64,000 nucleotides of DNA from Malacoraja senta (taxonomy: Eukaryota). How positions within the stretch are numbered: position 1 is the first letter of the stretch; each line of letters begins with the position of its first letter. A program made the translations under genes and the position numbers. Positions 55,070 to 64,000 of the stretch are shown here, piece by piece. The DNA lies in contig CM075997.1 of assembly GCA_038087875.1 (NCBI GenBank), positions 4,900,001 to 4,964,000 of the forward strand, given 5' to 3'. Under the pieces are notes generated by a model. That model did not search any database. It was not told where the DNA came from and saw nothing but the letters and a program-made list of their open reading frames with translations.

Positions 55070-56080
55070 CGAGCTGTTCTTGAACTTGGAGGTCATGATT
55101 TTCAAACTCCTGTACCTTTTTTTTCTGAAATGAGAGCTTGACCAGGGTGGTGTGGGTCTCTGATGATGCTGGCTATCCTTGTGAGGCAGCGTCTCCTGTA
55201 GATCCCTTCGATGGTGGGAATGTCACTACCCATGATGGACTGGGCAGTGTTCACCACTCTCTGTAATCCCTTACATTCCAGGGCGTTCAATAGACAATAG
55301 ACAAAAGGCAATAGGTGCAGGAGTAGGTCATTCAGCCCTTCGAGTCAGCACCGCCATTCAATGTGATCATGGCTGATCATCCCCAATCAGTACCCCGTTC
55401 TTGCCTTCTCCCCATATCCCCTGACTCCGCTATTATTAAGAGCCCTATCCAGCTCTCTCTTGAAAGCATCCAGAGAACCGGCCTCCACCGCCCTCTGAGG
55501 CAGAGAATTCCACAGACTCACAACTCTCTGTGAGAAAAAGTGTTTCCTCATCTCCGTTCTAAATGGCTTACCCCTTATTCTTAAACTGTGGCCCCTGGTT
55601 CTGGACTCCCCCAACATCGGGAACATGTTTCCTGCCTCCAGCATGTCCAAACCCTTAACAATCTTGTATGTTTCATCCTTTCTCCTCTCATCCTTCTAAA
55701 CTCCAGAGATTACAAGCCCAGCTGCTCCATTCTATCAGCATATGACAGTCCCGCCATCCCGGGAATTAACCTTGTAAACCTACGCTGCACTCCCTCAATA
55801 GCAAGAATGTCCTTCCTCAAATTAGGGGACCAAAACTGCACACAATACTCCAGGTGTGGTCTCACTAGGGCTCTGTACAACTGCAGAAGGACCTCTTTGC
55901 TCCTATATTCGATTCCTCTTGTTATAAAGGTCAACATGCCATTCGCTTTCTTCACTGCCTGCTGTACCTGCATGCTTACTTTCATAGACTGATGTACAAG
56001 GACACCCAGATCCCGCTGTACTTCCCCTTTTCCCAACTTGACGTTCGAGTTGCCAAACCAAGCCAGGATGCCACAAGTCA
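55070..56080 (-). mobile_element. Rex1/Babar fragment split by a CR1 (55287-56042)
   Basis: GILAWFGNSN | ALECKGLQRVVNTAQSIMGSDIPTIEGIYRRRC flanks CR1 ORFs 55710-56081 and 55387-55650. Confidence 0.85.
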
Positions 56081-56387
56081 AACTAAACCATAGCCAGGAG
56101 AATCTTTACGCAGAGAGTGGTGAGAATGTTTAGTTTAATTAGTTTAGTTTGGTTTATTGTCACATGTACCGAGGTACGGTGAAAAGCTTTTGTAGCGTGC
56201 AAACCAGTCAGCGGAAAGACAATACATGATTACAATCGAGCCATTTACAGTGTACAGATACATGGTAAAGGAATAACGTTTAGTGCAAGGTAAAGCCAGC
56301 AACGTCCGATCAAAGATAGTCCAAGGGTCTCCAATGAGGTGGATAGTAGTTCAGGACTCTTCTCAAGTTTAGTTTAATTTTGTTTAA

Positions 56388-56700
56388 TTTAGTTTAGTTT
56401 AGAGAACCAGCGCAGAAACAGGCCCTTCGGCCCACCAAGTCCGCACTGACCAGCGATCCCCGCACACTAACACTACCCTTCAAATACTAGGGACAATTTA
56501 TACTTTTACACAAAGCCGATTAACCTACAAACCTGTACGTCTTTGGAGTGTGGGAGGAAACCGAAGACCTCGGAGAAAACCCACGCAGGTCACGGGGAGA
56601 ACGTACAAACTCCGTACGGACAAGCACCCGTAGTTGGGATCGAACCCGGGTCTCTGGCGCTGTGAGGCAGCAACTCCACCGCTGTGCCACCGTGCTGCCC
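56388..56700 (-). mobile_element. HE1-type SINE inside a Rex1 3' end (56128-56770)
   Basis: Complete reverse-complement SINE with Rex1 sequence on both sides. Confidence 0.88.
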
Positions 56701-57433
56701 AGTTGTGGTAGGATGGTTCAGTTGCCTGATAACAGCTGGGAAGAAACTGCCCCTGAATCTGGAGGATGTGGATCTCACTCCCACAGGGAAATATTGAAAC
56801 AAAAGATATTGATGCACTCAAGGGAAATTTAGATAAGTAGGCGAAGGGGGAACAGAGTAGAGAAAGGATTTGTTGATTGAGTGAGATTGAAAAAGATGAT
56901 GTTCCTGAGTAGTATAAACACTGGCTTATATCGGGTGAGTGAAATGGCCTTTTTCTACGCTGTAATTACTTCATAACTTTGCAAAATAAAATGCAGGCAA
57001 TTTTTACTCAGACAGTCTGTAATGTTATTGGGAGCTTTGAAAGATATTTCTTTTACGTTTGAAGCTAAAAGCATGAAAGCAATTTGGTGTTTGACAGGAA
57101 AATTGATGAAAGTAACAACGCCGTGCATGTCTGCAGACTGCTTCACGACCCTCGCATGTCCTGAAGCTAGTGAGGGGAGTCTGTCAGTGTGGCCACTGTT
57201 AGAATGTTGGGCGGCACTGTACGCAGCTGTAGAACTGCTGCCTCACAGCGCCATCGACCCGGGCTCGATCCTGACCACGTCTGTACGGAGTTTGTACATT
57301 CTCCCCGTGACCTGCGTGGGTTTTCTCCGGGTGCTCCGGTTTCCTCCCAGAGTTAAGAAGATGTACTAGGATGTTTCCAGGACTGAGCTCTATAGGGCAG
57401 GCTCGAACACACCTTTGTTTATGTTCCCCTTGC

Positions 57434-58773
57434 TCAGTTCAGTTTAGTTTATTGTCACGTGTACTGAGGTAATGTGAAAATTGTTAAGGGCTTGGACCCA
57501 CTAGAGGCAGGAAACATGTTCCCGATGTTGGGGGAGTCCAGAACCAGGGGCCACAGTTTAAGAATAAGGAGTAACCCATTTAGAACAGAGATGAGGAAAC
57601 ACTTTTTCTCACAGAGAGTGGTGAGTCTGTGGAATTCTCTGCCTCAGAGGGCGGTGGAGGCAGGTTCTCTGGATGCTTTCAAGAGAGAGCTAGATAGGGC
57701 TCTTAAAGATAGTGGAGTCAGGGGATATGTGGAGAAGGCAGGAACGGGGTACTGATTGGGGATGATCAGCCATGATCACATTGAATGGCGGTGCTGGCTC
57801 GAAGGGCCAAATGGCCTACTCCTGCACCTATTGTCTATTGTCTATTGAAAAGCTTTTGTTGTGAGCTATCCAGTCAGTGGGAAGACAACACATAATAACA
57901 ATAAAGCCATTCATAGTGTACAGATACATGATAAGGGAATAATGTTTAGTGCAAGGTAAAGCCAGCAAAGTCTGATCAAGGATAGTCCCAGGGTCACCAG
58001 TGAGGTAGATAGTAGTTCAGGACTGCTCTCTGGTTGTGGTAGGATGATTCAGTTGCCTGATAACAGCTGGGAAGAAACTGTCCCTGAATCTGGAGGTGTG
58101 CATTTTCACACTTCTGTACCTTCTGCCCGATGGGAGAGGGGAGAAGAGGGAGTGTCGGGGGGTGCGACTGGTCCTTGATGATGCTGCTGGCCTTGCCGAG
58201 GCAGCGTGAGGTGTAGATGGAGTCAATGGAAGGGAGGTTGGTTTGTGTGCAGGAAGGAACTGCAGATGCTGGTTTACACCGAAGATAGATGCTAAATGCT
58301 GGAGTAACGCAGCGGGTCAGGCAGCATCTCTGGATAGAAGGAACGGGTGACGTTCAGGCCGTCAGAAGAAGGGTCTCGACCCGATGAGTCGCCCATTCCT
58401 CCATTGCAGGGAAGCAGCCTAAACCACTGAGTTACTCTAGGTTGACAAAAGTGCTGGAGAAACTCAGCGGGTGCAGCAGCATCTATGGAGCGAAGGAAAT
58501 AGGCAACGTTTCGGCCCGAAACCCTTCGGGTTTCGACCCGAAACGTTGCCTATTTCCTTTGTGTTTCGGCCCGAAACGTTGCCTATTTCCTTTGTGTTTC
58601 GGCCCGAAACGTTGCCTATTTCCTTCGCTCCATAGATGCTGCTGCACCCGCTGAGTTTCTCCAGCACTTTTGTCTACCTTCAATTTTCCACCATCTGCAG
58701 TTCCTTCTTAAAAACAACGAGCTACTCTAGGTTGGTTTGTGCGATGGTCTGGGCTGCGTCCACAACCCTCTGC
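57434..58773 (-). mobile_element. Rex1/Babar 3' part interrupted by a CR1 (57477-57846, +) and Penelope-like fold-backs (58250-58718)
   Basis: HSLFSPLPSGRRYRSVKMHTSRFRDSFFPAVIRQLN; QRVVDAAQTIAQTNL resumes at 58735. Confidence 0.85.
58445..58718. mobile_element. Penelope-like subfamily B fold-back with triplicated hammerhead 3' half
   Basis: TSD TACTCTAGGTTG; GTTTCGGCCCGAAACGTTGCCTATTTCC x3. Confidence 0.88.
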
Positions 58774-59377
58774 CCACTCAAATGCCGCCCTGTGCATCTG
58801 TAAGAGTTGACCATTGCTTGGCAGTGGTTAGAGGGGGAAAGACCAGACTGAATAGATGCACAGCCGCCATTTTGCACCTTGCAGTTGTCGTTTAACTCCA
58901 ATAGCGATCTTGTCTGAAGCTGGAGCGTAAAACACCCGTCAGCGTAACCAGTCAAGGTGCAGGGACAATGGGAATTCTCCCTCGCCAGCTGTATGCTTTG
59001 TGTGCTGATATCATTGTGTGCTTTTAATTCAGAAACAACTTTAATTGGTTTTGTCCATTGTTATAGATGTGGCATCCAAAGAGGCAATTGCCCCAAACAA
59101 AATCAGCTTTCTTTATCCTCGATGTGGCATGCAGCCCCTTATATTTTGATAGTCCGTGCCTCTTCAGTTTCAATGTTTATGCCTTCTTGTATTTAATGCT
59201 GCTCAGCCCCGGCACAATGCTGCCGGTTTCCTGCCGAGATTGCTGAATGCAACCCATTGAAATCTCCACAGGTTAATCGCCGGTCAACTCACAGCAAGGG
59301 GCGGCCATTGTGGGCATCGTACGGTGCTAAGCCGGTACCTAGGATGAGCCGGGGGGGGAATTCCGACAGGGAAAAGG

Positions 59378-59692
59378 GCGGCAGAGTTGGAGTCGCTGCC
59401 TCACGGCGCCAGAGTCCCGGGTTCGATCCCGACCACGGGTGCTGTCTGCACGGAGTTTGTACTTTTTTTCCCCGGTGACCCGCGTGGGTTTTCTCCGGGA
59501 GCTCCGGTTTCCTCCCACACTCCAAAGACGTACAGGTTTGCAGGTTAATTGGCTTGTTAAAATTGTACATTGTCCCTAGTGTGTGTAGGATAGTGTTAAT
59601 GTGCGGGGATCGCTGGTCGGTGCGGACTCAGTGGGCAGCAGGGCCTGTTTCCGTGCTGTCTCTCTTAACTAAACTAAACTAACCTAAACTAA
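59378..59692 (+). mobile_element. HE1-type SINE
   Basis: B box, core, tail. Confidence 0.88.
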
Positions 59693-59698
59693 AAGAGA

Positions 59699-59886
59699 AG
59701 GTAGACAAAAATGCTGGAGAAACTCAGCGGGTGAGGCAGCATGTATGGAGCGAAGGGAAAGGTGACCTTAAGGGTCCTGACCCGAAATGTCACCTTTTCC
59801 TTCGCTCCATAGATGCTGCCTCACCTGCTGAGTTTCTCCAGCATTTTTATCTACCTTCGATTTTTCCAGCATCTGCAGTTCCTTCT
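59699..59886. mobile_element. Penelope-like subfamily B fold-back insertion
   Basis: 14-bp TSD TAAACTAAAAGAGA; arms meet at hammerhead stem II. Confidence 0.88.
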
Positions 59887-60257
59887 TAAACTAAAAGAGA
59901 GGCTTCTTTGAAAAGCCACAGCTTCAAGGAAGGGTCATCTTTACCAAGGTCTTTCAGGTGATCAGTAATGAGCAGGAGCAAAGAAGATAGACGTTTCGGG
60001 TCGAGACCCTTCTTCAGACTGAGAATCGGGGGAGAGGGATTTACTCCAGCATTTTGTGTCTATCTTCAGTGTAAACCAGCATCTGCAGTTTCCTTCCTGC
60101 ACATTAAACTATTCATTATTTACTGTACGTTGTCTCCTGATCTGTGTTGTCAGTTATCGCCCTCTGCCCTTAAGAACAAGTGGCTTGTCTAAGTGGTGGA
60201 GAGTGTTTTCATATCGATGCATGCACACACACACACAATCATCCATATTTACATATT

Positions 60258-60770
60258 TACATAGAAACATAGAAAATAGGTGCAGGAGGAGGCCATTCGG
60301 CCCTTCGAGCCAGCACCACCATTCATTGTGATCATGGCTGATCGTCCCCAATCAATAACCCGTGCCTGCCATCTCCCCATATTCCTTGATTCCACTAGCC
60401 CCTAGAGCTCTATCTAACTCTCTCTTAAATCCATCCAGTGATTTGGCCTCCACTGCCCTCTGTGGCAGGGAATTCCACAAATTCACAACTCTCTGGGTGA
60501 AAACGTTTTTTCTCACCTCAGTCTTAAATGGCCTCCCCTTTATTCTAAGACTGTGGCCCCTGGTTCTGGACTCGCCCAACATTGGGAACATTTTTCCTGC
60601 ATCTAGCTTGTCCAGTCCTTTTATAATTTTATATGTTTCTATAAGAATCCCCCTCATCCTTCTAAACTCCAGTGAATACAAGCCTAGTGTTTTCAATCTT
60701 TCCTCATGTGACAGTCCCGCCATCCCAGGGATCAATCTCGTGAACCTACGCTGCACTGCCTCAATCACAA
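60258..60770 (-). mobile_element. CR1 LINE 3' part
   Basis: Open ORF 60352-60774; (TTTCTATG)n tail. Confidence 0.92.
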
Positions 60771-60917
60771 CCATATGAGTGACGTTTCAGGTCGAGACCC
60801 TCCGCAAGCTCTGCTTGCCTGTCACCTCCATTTCCGGCCACACTTTGCACCTTCAGGTGCATTGTCAAAACTCCCCTGGCACTAACCATTGTCCTCACCA
60901 ACCAGCACAATGGATCA

Positions 60918-61195
60918 GGAAGCACAAGGAACTGCAGATGCTGGAATCTTTCCGAGAACACAATGTGCTGGAGTAACTGTGTAGGAAGGAACTGCAGATG
61001 TTGGAATCTTTCAGAGAACACAATGGGCTGGAGTAACCATGTAGGAAGGAACTGCAGATGCTGATTTAAACCAAAGAAAGCCACAAAATGCTGGAGTAAC
61101 TCAGCGGGCAGGCAGCATCTCTGGATAAAAGGAGTAGGCGACGTTTCGGGTCGAGACCCTTCTTCAGACTGAAGTCAGGGGAGAGGGAGATACAG
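60918..61195 (-). mobile_element. Penelope-like ends, with a roughly 60-bp terminal segment repeated three times
   Basis: AAGGAACTGCAGATG...GCTGGAGTAAC units in tandem, then a hammerhead motif near 61140-61167. Confidence 0.8.
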
Positions 61196-61636
61196 AGATA
61201 GAAACATAGAAATGTAGAAAATAGGTGCAGGAGTAGGCCATTCCAGCCAGCACTGCCATTCAATATGATCATGGCTGATCATCCAAAATCAGTACCCCAT
61301 TCCTGCCTTCTCCCCATATTATGATCTAAGGCCTGCTAAGATTATCAGAAGCCAGAGTGGACTGAATGACTGTTTGCCCAAATTGAACAAGATGGTGGCC
61401 ATTCTACACAAAGCCAAAGCTTCTTTGCTCCTGTGTTGGAAAGGACTGCAGATACTGGTTTAAACCGAAGATAGGCACAAAAAGCTGGGGTAACTCAGCG
61501 GGACAGGCAGCATCTCTGGAGAGGAGGAATGGGTGATGTTTCGGGTCGAGATCCATCTTAAGGTCCGAAAAAGGGGCTCGGCCCCAAACGTCACCCATTC
61601 CTTCTCCCCAGAGCTGCTGCCTGTCGCGCTGAGTTA

Positions 61637-62886
61637 AGGGCCTGTCCCACTTGGCCGTCATTTGCGCCTCATTTACACGTCATCAAGCGTCAGCACAGCG
61701 GTCTGGTGTGTGTGACGTCATTAGAATACCCAGCTTCCCTATTCTGCATCATGACCATCATGGAAGAACTACAGATTTTATTGCTCCAGCAACAACAGAG
61801 ACGTCTGTTAGCAGCAGCCCTCATACTTACAGATCAGACAGGCAGGAGTACAGCAAGAAAGGCTAGCAAGAAACCAGGAAGAGGTCTGTGTGGACATAGA
61901 TACATAGATACATAGAAAATAGGTGCAGGAGTAGGCCATTCGGCCCTTCGAGCCTGCACCGCCATTCAATATGATCATGGCTGATCATCCAACTCAGTAT
62001 CCCGTACCTGCCTTCTCTCCATACCCCCTGATCCCTTTAGCCACAAGGGCCACATCTAACTCCCTCTTAAATATAGCCAATGAACTGGCCTCAACTACCC
62101 TCTGTGGCAGAGAGTTCCAGAGATTCACCATTCTCTGTGTGAAAACGTTTTTCCTCATCTCGGTCTTAAAGGATTTCCCCCTTATCCTTAAGCTGTGACC
62201 CCTTGTCCTGGACTTCCCCAACATCGGGAACAATCCTCCTGCATCTAGCCTGTCCAACCCCATAAGAATTTTGTACGTTTCTATAAGATCCCCTCTCAAT
62301 CTCCTACATTCTAGCGAGTATAAGCCAAGTCTATCCAGTCTTTCTTCATATGAAAGTCCTGACATCCCAGGAATCAGTCTGGTGAACCTTCTCTGTACTC
62401 CCTCTATGGCAATAATGTCCTTCCTCAGATTTGGAGACCAAAACTGTACGCAATACTCCAGGTGTGGTCTCACCAAGACCCTGTACAACTGCAGTAGAAC
62501 CTCCCTGCTCCTATACTCAAATCCTCTTGCTATGAAGGCCAACGTGGTTCGAGGTTACATGACGCGTAAAAGGCGGGCCGACTGCGTATGGGCGTCGCGC
62601 GGCGTCGCATGTTTTACGAACGTTGACGTACGGTGACGTAACCACGTGGCACCACGCGATACACCGTGCTTAGCCAATGTGTCAGCGTACGTAACCAATG
62701 TGTAAGCGTGCTTACGCGATACGTCACGCAGGTGGCGCGCGAGGATTTCGTTACATTATGAAATCCTGGAGCTCCGCGCGGTACAGCGTGCCACCGCATG
62801 CGATTCCACGCCTCACCATGCGCAATGCGTGCATCACCCACGCACACCCCACGCGTCACGACACGTCGACCTATTTTACAGCCCCT
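61637..62886 (+). mobile_element. PIF/Harbinger deletion derivative with a nested CR1
   Basis: TTA TSD (61634-61636 and 62887-62889) splitting the Penelope motif GAGTTACTCCAGC; termini AGGGCCTGT / ACAGCCCCT; related to the 9145 MITE. Confidence 0.8.
61894..62543 (-). mobile_element. CR1 LINE 3' part
   Basis: Open 182-aa ORF 61994-62542; (TATCTATG)n tail. Confidence 0.95.
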
Positions 62887-63557
62887 TTACTCCAGCTTTT
62901 AGTGTCTATCCACAGAAGAAAATAAAGTTTTCATCGAAGAAAGAATGAGAGTGAGATATGTACTCAGCCGTAATTCCAAATTCGCTGATTTTACTTCAGT
63001 TGTGCTCTTGAGACCAAACGTTGATGAATTCCTCAAGTGAAATTTCTTTTAATAACTGTAGGTTTCTGATTTTGCTGAACACTGATTAAAAACAGGAACA
63101 AAATATGTTCTGAACTAAGGTGAGATTAAGAGATTTTAAAATGGAGCTAAATTATAGCCATAGAGTTGTACAACACAGAACAGGCCCTTTGGCCCAACGT
63201 CCCTGGGACTAAGGTGGACACAAAAGGCTGGAGTAACACAGCGGGACAGGCAACATCTCTTCAGAGAAGGATTGGGTGATGTTTCGGGTCGAGACCCTTC
63301 TTCAGACTGAAGAGGGAAAGATAGATCAGCCACGATTGAATGGCGGAGTAGACTTGATGGGCCGGATGCCCTAAAGTTCTGCTCCTATAACTTAGAAACT
63401 CATGAACTTATGAACAGTAGGTCAGTGGTGAACAGCCATCTTGAGTCTGAAGAAGGGTCTTGACCCGAAACGTCACCCAATCCTTCTCTCCAGAGATGCT
63501 GCCTGCCCCGCTGAGCTACTCCAGCTTTTTGTGCCTATCTTAAGCAAAAGAAAGATA

Positions 63558-63893
63558 GGGCGGCATGGTGGCTCAGCGGTAGAGTTGCTGCCTTACAGAG
63601 CTTGCAGCGCTGGAGACCCCAGTTCGATCCTGACTACGGGCGCTGACTGTACGGAGTTTGTACGTTCTCCCCATGGCCTGCGTGGATTTTCTCCAAGATC
63701 TTCGGTTTCCTCCCACACTCCAAAGACGTACCGGTTTGTAGGTTATTTGGCTTCGGTAAAAATTGTAAACTGTCCCTAGTGTGTGCAGGATGGTATTAGT
63801 GTGCGGCGATCGCTGGTCGGCACAGACTCAGTGGGCCGAAGGGCCTGTTTCCGCGCTGTATCTCTAAACTAAACTAAACTAACCTAAACTAAA
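63558..63893 (+). mobile_element. HE1-type SINE, full length (long-head variant)
   Basis: A/B boxes, core, tail, (TAAAC)n. Confidence 0.9.
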
Positions 63894-63895
63894 AT

Positions 63896-64000
63896 TGAAG
63901 ATAGACACAAAATGCTGGAGTAACTCAGCGGGACAGGCAGCATCTCTGGAGAGAAGGAATGGGTGACGTTTCCGGTCGAGACCCTCCATTTCTTCTCTCC
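63896..64000. mobile_element. Penelope-like subfamily A end, beginning a fold-back at the window edge
   Basis: AGATAGACACAAAATGCTGGAGTAACTCAGCGGGACAGGC...GTGACGTTTCCGGTCGAGACCC. Confidence 0.8.

Noticed and set aside
62960..63105. Minus-strand exon after a strong acceptor (TTTTGTTCCTGTTTTTAATCAG| at 63081), peptide FSKIRNLQLLKEISLEEFINVW
   Set aside because: All frames stop within 90 nt, there is no good donor, and the EF-hand-like resemblance is too short to support.

Overview
Eukaryotic, very repeat-rich vertebrate DNA, almost certainly from a cartilaginous fish (skate/ray-like), judged from its repeat repertoire. No complete host protein-coding gene is visible. Most of the window is transposon-derived: about 30 copies of a tRNA-headed HE1/V-SINE-type SINE; 5'-truncated CR1 (HER1-like), Rex1/Babar, RTE-X-like and L2-like LINE fragments; one HERO-like (restriction-like endonuclease) retroelement 3' end; dozens of Penelope-like (Neptune-type GIY-YIG) fragments carrying minimal hammerhead ribozyme motifs; 11 PIF/Harbinger-type non-autonomous elements; and long microsatellites. 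There is a 200-N gap at 26501-26700. The strongest observation is a complete hammerhead ribozyme catalytic core in a non-circularly permuted (pseudoknotted) order in the 3' UTR of the HERO-like element (54225-54317). Also notable: Penelope fold-back insertions that turn around at their hammerhead motif; a cluster of tiny minus-strand candidate exons (18 coding nt, 37 nt, 15 nt) next to the gap in a transposon-poor, promoter-like block; and an RFX X-box/Kozak/splice-donor motif at 9.66 kb. Family names come from motif recognition, not database searches, and boundaries are approximate unless a target-site duplication (TSD) is given.
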